Assembly: GCA_013239625.1 (NCBI GenBank)
Contig: MU054323.1
Location: forward strand, 14,760,029 to 14,824,028
DNA length: 64,000 nucleotides
Reading direction: 5' to 3'
Source: Lama guanicoe
Lineage: Eukaryota
Shown here: piece by piece, positions 39,641 to 53,060 of the stretch
Numbering within the stretch: the stretch's first letter is position 1
Layout of the letters: the number at the start of each line of letters is the position of its first letter
Program-made: the position numbers and the translations under genes
The notes under the pieces: generated by a model
Seen by the model: only the letters and a program-made list of their open reading frames with translations
The model's database searches: none
What the model was told of the DNA's origin: nothing

Positions 39641-41984
39641 GAATAACTCAAGAAAACACTTCTTTCCTGAATAACTTCCTGACCCATTAGGAAAGCCTTC
39701 TTTGCTCACCACTGGACCTTGAGCTGTAATTTGAAAAATACCAGTCTACTGGTTTAGATTGTTAAAAACTAAGTTCCTAGTTTTTAAGAACCTGTTCTAT
39801 TCCTTAACCAAACAGGGCCTTAGAGATTAGAGGCTGTAAAGAATTATCAGACAGGCATGAAAACCAAAACAAGTTTATCACCACCCTCAACCTCATTGGT
39901 AACAAAACCTAGTAGAGGGAATGGACAGAAAGACCCTATTCCATATGAGAAAAACTTGAAATTCTTCCCTCTTCAGACAATGCACACCCACGTTTGTGGG
40001 CAGAAAAAAGTGGAAATAGAAGTCATCTGTAACCTGTGGATTTCTGGGGCACTCTGAATTTAACTTTTCTGGTCAGGAGAGAACTTTTCTTTAGTGGGGG
40101 AATTATGGTAGGTTAACAGCAATGACATGGCATTGCATAGCGTGCCAGAGGGCTTTGTCAGGCCGCCTGGAAAAGGAAGTGAATGTCTGTCTTTCTTTAC
40201 CGGTCTAAGGTCTAACTGGGATTATTATTATTCAGGGCTCTCAGAGTACTCAGATTTCCACATTGGAGGCCACAGACGCACAAGAAACCCTCTGATCTGC
40301 TCAAACTGTATCTCTGAAAACCAATCACACTCGTAATTTAAACACTGCATTTGCATGTGAATTTCCATCACTGTGCTAAAGTAAAGCTGTGAATACTTGG
40401 TTGTAACTTTGGGCCTGCAGACTTCAAATAATTTATGAGCACAATCTGTTCACTGGATGAAAGCCCCATTAGCAAAGGTAGCATTTTCTTGGACGGTCTA
40501 GGGTCCTCCAAACTATCACAAGGGCCATCACCAATATATCCAAACAATGAAAGAAGGTATCTGATTATCCACTGTTTGAAAAGATCCTTCAAAAACCAAA
40601 TCAAAACCAATTCTGATCCAACAATACAGTAATGAATACTCCTCCCCAAAACACTTACATATACATGTGCTTGTATACATGTACATAGACTCTAAATCAG
40701 CAGGAAAAACAAAAGTTAGCTAACAATGAATCAAGCCATTGATTCTCTCTCCAAATCCTAACAGATGGCCAATGCTAGGACATTTGGGCTTAAATCAAAA
40801 TACTTGGAGGGGCTGGGGGAGAAACTCCTGTCTCATACAGTCTCCTCTTACTCATTCTCTAGTACAAAGAGGACTGTCAGAATGTTAGCAGGCAGAGCAA
40901 ATGTTGTTGAAAATGTACCATCAGTCGGCTACTATTAAGTGATCAGTGTCTTAAAAACTCAGTGATCTGGAATAACCTGTTTATCAGCCTTAGCAGCACT
41001 GCCCCTCCTTTTTCTCACAATCTGAGACCATTTTTTCCCCCAGTTTTTTGATTTCTACATTGCAGAAGAACAGAGGGCAAAGATTTGTCCATTAATCAGT
41101 GTTAGTAAGGAGTATCCTGTGTTTTAACATACCCTCCGTGAGCACTGATACTCCTGTTTTCTTTGCTTTCTTCTTAGGGGAAAGCTGTCTTCCTCACTAA
41201 TTAAAATTCATTATCACCTCCTCAAATGAAGAGGCTGAGAGGTTGCCAGCTGACTGCCTCCATCATGCTTAATAAATCCCTGGAGAACAAATAATGTCCC
41301 TTTTGCCCTGGGGTTCTTTTTTAGCTCCTTATCCATTTGGGGACACAGTAGCCTCAGCTACTTTATTTGGTTTGTCATTTGTGGCATCCAGCTATCAACA
41401 TGAAGTGGCTGGACACTCACTACTTGTAGCAGTCACTCATATCCTTAATAAGCACAGGCTTTCAAACGTACTCCACTTAGATCCAGCATCACTACCTCCA
41501 AAATTCTAATACAGTCAGTCTTTCAGTGAGTGGAAACTCTTTTAGTAAGCTATGATCTTATTCTCTGATGTTAATGATCCTAAATGCAGGTTTTTATACA
41601 CAACGTGGACCAATCCATCTGACCCCTCTTCTTCAGCTGATACAAATTCACTTGTTGCACTTATTTTTATTGTTTCTTCCTTGTTGCCTATAGATGTCCC
41701 CTGAAGTTTCTTAATCTGCTTGGTCTGTATCAACCAGGTTTAAGTGTGAGTGTGTGCTTGAGAGTTTGATGGAGGGAAACTCCTGAAACTCTGAAGCTAT
41801 CAAAGCTGCAGACAAGAGCTCTTTTTACTGGTTACCTACTTGTCATAATCCACAGCTTTCTACTTTTTGTGTGGTTAAATGATCAACTATTTTTAACTTT
41901 GTCACATTGTTAGTATTAACTAATAATAGTTATTATTAACTAATAATAATCTAAGTAAGAATTTGCAAGGGATATAAAGTAAGA

Positions 41985-42200
41985 AAGTTTAAGAGCATGG
42001 CTTTGAAGTCAGATGAAGCAGTTGCTCTGCTTTTTAAAACCTGTAAAACCTTCCAAGTCACTTAACTATTGGATCTGAGTTTCCATAGTTGCAATGTGGT
42101 AAATATCTTCTCCTTCAACGGACTGGTTTAATAGAATTGATTTAATCAATCTGAATGATCATGTAATTTACTTAGTTTAGTGACTTGAATAGGTTCTTAA
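41985..42200 (+). mobile_element. MIR SINE
   Basis: gtttaagagcatggctttgaagtcaga...ccttccaagtcacttaac...ctgagtttcc. Confidence 0.75.
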
Positions 42201-42355
42201 ATGATAATACTCTTTTTGATGGTAGTTAATTTGGAGTGACTATTATATTTCTAATAATCAAAGAATTTTATGCTTTCTTTATACATGAGGAGAAAGCAAG
42301 TTACCTGTGGAAACTTAAAAGATATAAGACTCTTCTGAATGTCCCAGGAGGCACC

Positions 42356-42363
42356 AAAAAAAA

Positions 42364-42394
<31 letters not shown>

Positions 42395-42395
42395 A
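42356..42395. repeat. (A)17(GA)n microsatellite
   Basis: Seen directly. Confidence 0.95.
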
Positions 42396-44014
42396 TGTGG
42401 CCTGGGTAAAGATAAATGAGGTTTTGTTGATCCCATATGGAAAGAAAATCCACATTTGAGAGCACTGCCTCCTTTCTACTTCTCAGAGACATCACTATTA
42501 AATTGGCAGTTTTGTTTTCTACTATTCTTCCTAGTTTCTGTCTCTCTATAAAACATTTGAAAATTTACTTATTCCCTAACGTGCATGATATGTGTCTTTG
42601 GAAGAGAGGTTTTTATATCACCTTGTGCCTGGGCATATCTGGCTGTCCTGGTTCAGTGTCTCCAGTAATCTAGTTGTAGCCAGACAGTGCGTTGAGGAAT
42701 TTTATTTACACGTAACCAAGAGTAATTTAACAGGACTTCGTAACCTATTCATTTATACCAGCTCTAAAATCAACCCATTTTTGTCACTGCTAGTGCTATA
42801 TTCTTGCCATTTTTTAATCTCAAAGTGTGTCCTTTATAGTTTATATTTCCATGATCATATTTTGTCATATTTGTCCAATGTAACAGTGAGTACCAACTCA
42901 GTACCTGAATGATGACAAACTGAATACTGTCCGTGGGTATCTGGATGCACATACCTTTGATCCAGGCAAACAGGGTCTATAGATATAGGTGGTAGGTCTG
43001 TTCTTGAAAGGATCTGATGCTCTAATAGCCAATTTTCTTCACCCCAAACCCAGTGATACTAACCTTTTAGAATATTTTGGCCCCTCTCTCTGCCTGTGAC
43101 TTTACCTTTGAATGTGTGTTGGGATAATAAGGAATTACGTGTTGTAAAAGCAGATGCTTCTTTGTTGTGGCATGTCATTACTTTTGGGTTTTCTGTGTTT
43201 GTTTTATTGTTGTTTTTAACCAGCATTTGGAATAAACTGGCTGTGATGCCAGAGGACTGGATTTCATTTTCAGCTTTCCTATTTCCCTGGCACTCCTCCT
43301 CACTTTTGCAGGCTCTGCCAATCTCCCAAAGACAAATGTTCTCATCTTCTGCCTCTCTTCTCCTCGGTCCCTGAAATCCCCTTCAAGTAATTTCATCAAC
43401 ATATTTATCCTCATATTTATACTGATGATTTCCATGTTCACACCTCTTTAGAGATTTAAATGTTAAATCGTACATTTCCCCTTGAGTTGTGGGAGGAAAC
43501 AAAAATGAAGTATTTGCAGGAGTCAATTAAGAAACAAACTCTCAGTGGTGTTGCTGGTAAATCTGGAACCCTGAAGCTCCTTGGTCCTGAGCTCAAATTG
43601 GGGTCTCTACTTTTTCTCACTTTGAATTGAATTGACTCACCCATTTCCAGATGGAACAGCCAGAGATCCCAGGCAACACCACTGTGCAGAAGTCCTGCTC
43701 TTGTGAACCACCTAATGGAAAAAAAAAAAAAAGGAAAGAGTGATGAGTCTAGCACACATGGACCAAAGTCAGAAGGAGAGATGGAGGCAGAGCAGGGAGA
43801 GAGAAGAATAAGAAGAGAACAAGAAGAGAAAGAGGGGCCTGAGCTATACTCACTACGTTCCCACTACTCTATTCCATCTACTTGGAGCAATGAGTAAAGA
43901 GAGGGCTGTATGTGCCCTTCTAATACTGTTCTCTCATAGAAATGGAAGCCCCTTTATCTTTATTGGGGATGAGGAATGAAGGAATAAATGTTCTTCAAGA
44001 ACTACCCTCAGAAC

Positions 44015-44600
44015 TCAAATCTGAAAAAAATACACGCACCCTAATGTTCACAGCATGTCATAGCCAAGACACAGAAACAATCTAAATGTCTATCAACAGA
44101 TGACTGGATAAAGAAGTTGTGGTATATTTATACAATGGAGTACTGCTCAGCCATAAAAAAGAAGAAAATAACACCATTTGCAGCAACATGGATGTCCCTG
44201 GAGAATGTCATTCTAAGTGAAGTGAGCCAGAAAGAGAAAGAAAAATAGCCTATGATATCACTCATATATGGAATCTAGAAAAAAAGAAAAAAAGAGGACA
44301 CTAATGAACTACTCTACAAAACAGAAACAGACTCACAGACATAGTAAACAAGCTTATGGTTACTGGGGGAAAGAGGGTGGGAAGGGAAAATTTGCAAGTT
44401 TGAGATTTGCGAATGTTAGCCACTATATATAAAAATAGATTAAAAAATTTCTTCTGTATAGCACAGGGAACTATATTCAGTATCTTGTAATAACCTTTGA
44501 AAAAAAGAATATGAAAATGAATATATATACGTATATGCATGACTGGGACCTTGTACTGTACACTAGACATTGTAACTGACTGTACTTCAATTAAAAAAAA
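44015..44600 (+). mobile_element. Camelid-type L1 3' end with TSD
   Basis: aacagatgactggataaagaagttgtggtatatttatacaatgga...ctgtatagcacagggaactatattcag...gactgtacttcaatt plus an A-tail. TSD accctcagaac at 44004-44014 and 44603-44613. Confidence 0.93.
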
Positions 44601-44829
44601 GAACCCTCAGAACAATAATTTTATGCATTCCACACACTGACAAATCCAGATGTCTACAGGACATCTCCTAATTGTCCCACAGGTAACTCCAACTAAACAT
44701 GCTCAAAACTGAAGCCATTACCCTCAAATCCTGCTTTTCAATAAGTGGTACATATCTTGGCAAGGTTTTCTTGCTCATTCTCCTCTCTCTATTCAAACAC
44801 AAGACAATACATTCTATACTAGCAGTTAC

Positions 44830-45075
44830 ATACTAATTATTGAAAATGCATTGTTTTCTAGGTACTATAGTAAGTACTTTACATACACCACCTTGTTCAA
44901 TTTTTTTCCCACACCTCTGTAGAATAAGTAGCATAATCTCTATTTTACAAATGATGAAACAGAAACCTACAAAGGTTAAGCATACTACTGAAGTGACGGG
45001 CTTCTCAAGAACATGATCTTGATCAGTGTGGACAAGCACCGCCCACACCTGGGCCCTTCTCCTTACACATTCTAC
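44830..45075 (-). mobile_element. MIR SINE inserted within an L2
   Basis: ctaggtactatagtaagtactttacatac...tctattttacaaatgatgaaacagaaacctacaaaggttaag. Confidence 0.8.
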
Positions 45076-45079
45076 CATC

Positions 45080-45690
45080 CTTTGTTATCTTTTGCCTGGA
45101 GACCATTGCAATAGCCCAAAAAATGGACCCTCTAACTTCAGGTTTGACTCCTTACAAGGCGCCCTCCACAAGCACTGCCTCCAGAGTGCTATTTCTAAAC
45201 TGTAAATCCAATCAAGTAAGTTTTCTGCTGTAAAAGTTTCATAGACTCCCCATCATGATGCAGCTGCTGCCTAACTGTAGAATCCAATATTCACCCCTTC
45301 TCCCCCACACATCCTAGGCTCTGCTGATGCTTAACTAATTGCCATTCCTGGGAAATGTCAGACTCATTCCTAGCTCCTTACTTTTATATGTGCCATTTCT
45401 TTCTTCTGACTAAAATACAATTATCCCACCTACCCAAACTCAGCCTTTGAAAGGCAGACTCTAACTTCATAATGAGCTTAAATTTTACCCTTTGGGTGAA
45501 CCCTTGCTTAAGCAGGCTTCAACACATACCTGTCAAATTGCAGCCAGTTCATTACATTGCATTGTAACTGCTATATAGCAGATCTAATAACAATACAATC
45601 AGCCTTGGAGAGTAAAGAATTTTTATGTCTGTGTCCCTCAAGTCCAGTACGATGACTACTGACACAAAATAAGTGCTCAATACACACTTA
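45080..45690 (+). mobile_element. L2 3' portion (continues from about 44640-44760)
   Basis: cttttgcctggagaccattgcaatagcc...ccagagtgctatttctaaactgtaaatc...aagtgctcaata tail. Confidence 0.75.
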
Positions 45691-45695
45691 TTTTC

Positions 45696-45698
<3 letters not shown>

Positions 45699-45737
<39 letters not shown>
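45699..45737. repeat. Pure poly(A) run, 39 nt
   Basis: Seen directly. Confidence 0.97.
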
Positions 45738-45741
<4 letters not shown>

Positions 45742-48700
45742 GTCTATCTCTCCAGAACTGTATTTAAGATACTTCTCTTGGGAAGGAAGGAAGGGAACAC
45801 AATATAACATTCTACCTACCAACATTCTGCAGATGATAGTGTGGCCTTTAAATATTTATTTATTTGACAATGCTAAGTAGAAACTAACACCACCAATAAG
45901 AAAATGCTTTGACTCTCTTGCTTGAGGTAGAAACTGCCCAACAAGAATCACCTTCCAAGGCAAATGTCTTGTTTCCATTAAAGCAAGCACATTCCAAAGG
46001 AGCTCAAGTATACACACTTATTAAATTTTGCCTAGCCTCTGAAGAGGATAAGAGAAGTGACAATTTCTCTAATTAGAGCTTGAGGAATTATGAGTAGATG
46101 CTCAGGGAGCTATGAAAAATAAAATCATCGGCAAGCAAAATTTTCTAAGTATGGTATAAGGTGTGGTACCAGGACAGAAAGCAAGGAGGTATCAAATTGA
46201 TGGTACCACAGGAATTGTACATACTTTGCCTCCTTAACCTTCACAAGGTGCTGTGAAGTCAGAAGGACCCTGAGTTTCAGAGTGTTTGAATAACTACCCA
46301 AAGTCACAGAGCTGGTGGCTGCTTTCCAGCCTAACTTGAAACTCCGTTCCTTCCAGTTCACTACCTGTTCTTAAGCTAGTGCCTCTTGCCTCAAAACCAA
46401 TCCAAAGCCTTTTGTATTTAGTGGCTGACTGAGGAAGACACACAGGATAAGCCATCTAAGCAAAACGCCAAACTGTAACTTCCCTAAATTAACACATACC
46501 AAGAACAGTTAACAAATGACCCTCCTTTGCTCACAGATTCATGCCTTGGGCTTTTATGTCAGATCAATAAATGCCATATTCACTCTAGTTGAATAATAAA
46601 GTGGAATTCAGAAACTGGGGAACAGAGTAGGCTGACCCAGGACTTCCACTTCCTTGCAACTCTCATTCTAAAGTTGTTCTCTGTTCACCTTTGTTTCTCC
46701 ATTTAGAATCATAGAAAATGTTTTTAGTTAGAAATCTTTGGGCAGTAATTCAATTTTCTGCATTTAATGGTTGTGATAATTCAAAAGCCAACTAACAGAA
46801 GCTGTAAGATTTGTTAGACTAACATGAAAATATATTTGTGTCAATTGTGGAGCAATTTATATCATTATTCACTGAAAAATATACCATACGAATGTTTTAT
46901 GAGGTCATTCTCTCCCTGAATTTTTCAGTAAGATGTTAATAATTAGAAAATAAATCAGCATGCTTAACAAGAAAATATGATCCAAAATGTTCTAGTGGCA
47001 CTTTAGTAATAACAAAAAATACAGCAGAAATACTATAACTACACTTTATCGTTCCCCAAATTCTCCATATGTCTATAAAACAAGTGTGAAGGAACAAAGT
47101 GGTACTAGAGTCCAATGTATATGAAACTGAGTCATGCATTCATTCAACTACCACTGAACAAATATTCACTGAACATAGACCACTGTGGTAGAAAAACAAA
47201 AGACTGTATAGCAAGAAAGATAGACATGGCCCCTGCTTTCAAGAAACTGACCTCAAATTTTTAGAATACTGACAGGAAGTATCCAATCATCAAATCAGTA
47301 AGCTTTGGAGACAGGGTCCATGCTTCCTAACACTTTTCCTAATAAACCCACCACCTCTCTCTCTTATGCCTCAAAAGACTACCTAACATAAACTTTCATC
47401 TAAGGATTGGGATCAGATTTTCCTACTGTATGATATTTTTCGTAACTATTCTCCCATTTGAAATTGATTGTTCTGTCCTTTGAGATCCCACTGTGCTCTA
47501 AGGTAATTGATGTGGCATGGATGACATTCTACTGCATTCTGCTGCATTTATTTTTCACATCTCTACCTCTTATTAAACTTTTAGCCTACTCCCCATTACT
47601 GATAAGGTCAGGTTCAGTATTTACCTTTGAATCTTCAGCACACTATACAAAGCTGAACACAAATAAGAGAATTAATATGCAACTGATGAATTAGCTAAGG
47701 AACAAAACATTTTTAAGGGTCCAGGCTAAAGCTTGCACAAAAAAGTGTTAACCCAAGTCCTGAATGTAGGTAGGCAGGAGTCACAATTTAGGTAATATTT
47801 ATTGTCACTGAGTCACAGTCTCCAGAATTCATATGCACTGTTGTGACATGTGAAATGTCATTAAGATTTAGTATAAAACTTATTAAAATGTTCTAAATAT
47901 CCTCCAGCACTGTCTTGTCCTAAGAAGGGACTGTTCAACCAATGCTTATATGCCAAGTGATAGAGATAGAGAAATGAGTGAAATGTGAAATGTGGATTAT
48001 TCACTTTAGTCGCTGAATGGGGAGAGACAAATGAGTAAACAATTCCACATCTCAATGCACAATAAAAGGCAAGTAGAAAAAAGCAGCTGAATCAGAAGAA
48101 TAATTTAGAAAGTTCCTTACATTAAATAGTATTTATTTTTACTACTCCCAATGATTCTGAAAGTTTTCTAATTTTAATTCTTCATTTAAAGTTTCTATCA
48201 ATGTTTGATTTTACTAGAGAATATCAGCTTGTTCTCTTACTAGCATAGAGCTCTTAAGAAGTAGCCTGGGACAGAGCTAATCAGGAAAATCACAGTAAGT
48301 AAACTATATCTGAAAACCAGTATATAATATTATTCATTAAAGACACTACCTGTAAGATGAAAATGTATAGGTTGTAACTCCTCTCATCTGAGTATTTAGA
48401 AGTTTGCTAACCACTTCTCTTGACTGTGAGAGGTTTTTCAAGATGGCAGAATAAATTCTCCAGTGACAAAACAAAGACTCAAGTCCCTAACTATCTAATG
48501 TTTCTGGTGATAAATTCCAGTCTCTTGAATGAGCCACTTTTCACTGAGTTAGTGAAGGAAGAAATGTGGAGTCATCTCTGATTATTACTCTCCATCACTT
48601 CCCACATTCAGTCTCAAAGAGGGAGAATCCCTCTTTCTCCAAACTCTTGCTTCCTTGAGATGATTTCCTTGTTATCCCCACATGGGTGCAGAATTTTCAT

Positions 48701-49472
48701 TCACATTTCCAGTTCAAGATCTCAGTGCCTTCAGGAATGGCTCCTTTCCATAGGAAAAGGATATATTCAATTGGTGAAGTGGGAAGAATCCTAGACTACG
48801 TTATTTTAGTGGATGGATTAGTATGTTGAAGAACATTGCTTGTGCATGGTTCTCCTTCACAATGATTGCTCTCTTACTCTTCTTGACCTCTTGGGCTCAA
48901 CTGTGGCAAGATGTGATAGATTCACCATATTCCATGTGAAAGACATTCAAGAAAAGCTTAGTTCTAGAAGGTCTGGTTAAGATTTCTCTCCTACTTAGTT
49001 CAGCTTCTCTAACTCTGATTAAACAAGTCATGCCAATTCTTCCCTATGTCACCAAAAGGCCTTTATTTGGGAGTTAAAAAAAAATCAACGATCATCATTT
49101 TAGGGTCTAGTCCTTGCCTTGGGCTCTTATTTTACTTCTAATGGAGGTTTATACTTTGCATATTAAAACAGATGTTTCGTTTTGAGCTCCATATGTTTCT
49201 TTGTGATTACTCTGCCTTGGTTTAAGAAATAGGTTGGAGGAGGGGAAAGTGATTTATTAGATTGTATAAAACCCCCAACAGTATATTAGTCCTATGAATT
49301 CTATGTTTTTAAAGACTATCTATCTTTTTTATTTTGTGGGGTTTCTTTTGCTACATTTTGGGGTATCAGTGTCTCGGGGCTAAAGTACTGCAGTAACATC
49401 CTAATTAGTCTCCAGCCTTCTCTGTCACTCTCCCCTATAGACATCACGCACATTGTGAGAGATGCCTTATTT

Positions 49473-50210
49473 CATGAGCCAGCTTCATTAACATGTGATC
49501 TGTCCATTCACACAGGTCTCGCACTTAGAAGGGTTCCCCATTTGGTTTAATGATCTGTTATTTTCTTAAAACTCTTAATGTTATCTTTAGATTTGTGTTT
49601 TTGTAAGGGAATTCTAATAGGGGCAAAAAAGAATGCATGCTTTTGGTAAATAGGCAGAATTATAGAGTCCAACCAAATGATACAAAGTGCAATATATAAG
49701 ACTAATATACTATGATTTATTATTTTTGAACATTAATGTTTATAGTTTACATTAAAGGAAATCCTTGGTATCTTATTCATGTGTTTCTGAAACTAATATT
49801 TATTAAGCTCAGCATAAGTGGTTGGCTAATACAGGGAAGAAAGTGCTACCACTGAAAAAGGATATGATAAGGTTCCTTGGTCATTTGTGTTTCTTAGAAT
49901 TCCATTAATGACCTTCGGTCTGCATCCTAAACAAATTTTGGTTCAAAAAGAAAGCTTGTTCTCTTGGGGCTGTCAGTGCCTTCTCTTACTTAGTTGTAGA
50001 ACTAACACACTTAGCTTACAGTAACTTTTGGTCTCATTGAACTTCTGTGCATCATGGAGCTGTTGGTATTTTATGCTCATGGGCATCACTGATGCTGTGT
50101 ATGAATGAGTCAGCAAGGAGCAGAGGGCACACATATTGCATGTTTCTTTTCTGCTGCCATGAATGATCTAAGGATTTAGCTTAAGAAACATATAAGTCAT
50201 GGTTAAACTA
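49473..50210 (+). mobile_element. MER45-family (hAT-Tip100) DNA transposon fossil
   Basis: Start gagccagcttcattaacatgtgatctgtccattcacacaggtctcgcacttagaagggttccccatttggtttaatg matches the MER45 terminus. The extent to the right is uncertain. Confidence 0.65.
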
Positions 50211-50214
50211 AAGA

Positions 50215-50307
50215 ATCAGAACCATTTATATATCCATATATATATTATATCCATATATATATTATATATCCATAATATCCATAATATTATATATATTATA
50301 TATATAT

Positions 50308-50338
<31 letters not shown>

Positions 50339-50640
50339 AAACTGTGGGGATTGAATAAACAAGCCTGAAATCCGTAAGTCAGGCTCCCAGGAAGGGCTGG
50401 CAGCCACTCTTGGGCATGAATTGAAGATCCTACTCACAGGTTGAATTTCTTCTTCTTCAAAGAAGTCTCAGCTCTTCTCTTAACATCTTTCAACTGACCA
50501 AACTAGGCCTACCTAGCTTGTTTAAGATAAATTTTCCTACATAAAGTCAACTAATTACAGACTTCAATCATGGTACAAAATACCTTCACAAGAATGAGTG
50601 ACTGGAGACTGTCGCCTAGCAAAGTTTACACCTATAACTT
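50215..50640 (-). mobile_element. MLT2-like ERVL LTR with an internal (TA)n(CA)n microsatellite
   Basis: tctttcaactgaccaaactaggcctacc...cctacataaagtcaactaattacagacttcaatca...aaaataccttcaca...gcctagcaaagtttacac. The microsatellite at 50227-50337 is typical of MLT2. Confidence 0.85.
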
Positions 50641-50659
50641 TCTTCATTTTCATTCTTTT

Positions 50660-52170
50660 ACCATTTTGCTCACTCCTCTGACTAGGTAATTTCAAACGAC
50701 CTCTCTTGGAGTTTGCTGATTCTTTCTTCTGCGTGATCACAGCTGTTTTAGAACCCCTCTAGTGAATTTTTCAATTCAGTTATTATATTCTTCAGCTCCA
50801 AAATTTCTGCTTGGTTCTTTTTTACCTTTTTTTTCTCTTTGTTGATATTCCAATTTCGTTTATCCATCATTTTCCTGAGATTGCTGAGTATCTTTATGAT
50901 GGTTATCTTGTATTATTTGTCAGTAATTCATATGCTTCCATTTCTTTAGAGTCAGTTTCTGAAGATTTATTCCTTTGATTGGGTCATGTTTTCTTGTCTC
51001 TTCATGTGCTTTGTGCTTTTTGTCACTTTGTATTGGGATCTGCACATCTGAAAGAACAGCCACCTCTACCAGTTTTTATAGACTGGCTTCGTACAGGGCA
51101 AGACCTTCATTAATTAGCACAGTTAGAGAGTCTGCCGGCCCCCCAAATCTTTCCTGTTGATGCATGTTCTCTGGCTGTGCCTGTAAATTCCTAGCTGGAG
51201 GGATTTTCAGGTTTCTTTTTCTCGGGAGCTCATAATCTCTTGCTCCCTCTTGTGTCTGTATGCAGTTCCGCAGGTTCTCTGTAGCTGCCACAGGCCACCC
51301 ATCTGTCTTTGGTTCTCAACAGCATCCAGACTTCTAGAGTATCTTGGGTACCATCAGTGCAAGAAGTCAAGAAAGACAGAAATGAGTCCATCAAGTAGCC
51401 CCTCTGAAAAGCTAGAATTTCAGTCAAGTGCAACTCCTCTCTCTTTCTACCCTGATAGGGAGGCCAGCAAGCTATACTGGCTCTCTGATCTACCACATGT
51501 CCTCCAGAGCAGTACCACGCCACCTACATTTCTTTTGTTCTCAGTTGCATCCTGGGCAGAGTATAGCAGGTCCTTCCAATCTCCCAATACAGCTGAGACA
51601 GAAACGAGTTATTTGGGCAGCCTCCCTGAAAAGCCGGACTATCAGATGCAAACTCTAACTCTTTACCCTCCCCAGGGAGTAGTCAAAAGTCTGGGGTTTT
51701 CTCCCACTCACTCTGCACTGAGCTGGGGAGAGAAATTATGGCAACTAAGTATGTGTTAGTTCAAATCACTGCTTTTATAGTCAGTTGCCCCCAACCTAGC
51801 ACCCTTTCCTGTCAATACATAGATTCAAGGAAAACAGAAACAAGTCCCTCAGGCAGATCCCTTAAACGCTGGAACATTGGACTTGTGTTTTAATCTTTTC
51901 TTCTCCTTCCCAGGGAAAATCAGGAGTTGGGAGTTTTCTCCTGTTTGCACCATGCTGCGCTGAGAGGAGGAACTGTAACAAGTGAGTTGCATGACTTTTC
52001 CTACCAGTTTCAGTGGGACTGGTTTCACACTCACTTTGGGTGTAGGAGCCTCTCATCTGCTTTTTGAACTTTTCACAAAGGGACCTGACCCATGTATTGT
52101 TGAGCTGGTGTCTCCATGGAGAGAAGGAGAGTCTGGGGTTTACTATTCTGCCATCTTTCTGATGTCACCT
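50660..52170 (-). mobile_element. L1M 5'UTR and ORF1 N-terminal region, antisense
   Basis: gaatttttcaattcagttattatattcttcagctccaaaatttctgcttggttc (antisense ORF1). Ends tattctgccatctttctgatgtcac, i.e. an L1 5' start gtgacatcagaaagatggcagaatag. Confidence 0.8.
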
Positions 52171-52814
52171 TCCTATTACTAATTTGAAAAGTAAAAATTT
52201 GAAGCTTTCTCTTCACCCTCACCCATCTTCCTACCCCTGATCTCCCTTGGAAGCACTTAATAAATGACTTCCACAAGTCTTCATTTCAGGATCTGTGCGT
52301 AGTAACACACCCTAAGTCAAGTTTAGCATAAACCTGCAGATCCTGAGAAGGAGAAGAGAAATCTCATTGGAAGCAACCCTGTTGTTTGATTTTGCATGCT
52401 ATGTGGAGCAACATCGTCCTGACTTTGTTCAAGTGGTTTTATTACTTTCAGTGTGATATTGCTTATTTGTTTATGTCACAGAGAGTATCTGAGTCAACAT
52501 AACTCATTTTAAACATGATTTTTCTTTTCCTTAACATAGTACAATCTCAAATCTACTGTAATCATTATATTCAATTACTAGGTGAATGAATCACATGGAC
52601 CAAATGATTAACATTCATTGGAAATTGCCATTTTATCCCACAATGATTATTTAGCTTGTCCATGTGAAATGAAATTCAAGAGTGTTTCAGCATTTTTGCT
52701 ACTTTAATTACAGTTTACAAAGTTTAGCTTGATTAATTAATATTAGATTTATGTAAACAACGTCATGTTTGCTGCACTGAAATGAATTTTTATTTATCAA
52801 AAAAAGGAAACCAG

Positions 52815-53060
52815 TGGGAAGGGACAGACTGGGATTCCAAAATTTGTAGATACTGACAGGCATATGCAGAATAGACAAAACAAGATTATACTGTATAGCA
52901 CAGGGAAATATATATAAGATCTTGCAGTAGCTCACAGCGAAAAAAAAAGTGACAATGAATATATGTATGTTCATGTATAACTGAAAAATTGTGCTCTACA
53001 CTGGAATTTGACACAACATTGTAAAATGACTATAACTCAGTAAAAAACATGTTAAAAAAA
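52815..53060 (+). mobile_element. Young camelid-type L1 3' end with a 16-bp TSD (1 mismatch)
   Basis: Same 3'UTR as 19319-19902 (tgttcatgtataactgaaaaattgtgctctacactggaatttgacacaacattgtaaaatgactataa). TSD aaaaaaagg(a/c)aaccag at 52799-52814 and 53061-53076. Confidence 0.93.

Noticed and set aside
41542..41733. Protein-like 63-aa minus-strand ORF (…KISATSEFVSAEEEGSDGLVHVVYKNL…)
   Set aside because: No good flanking splice sites, non-ATG start and no recognised homolog.
51250..51759. Longest supplied ORF (169 aa, + strand)
   Set aside because: It lies antisense within an old L1 5'UTR region, has a non-ATG start and shows no domain I recognise.
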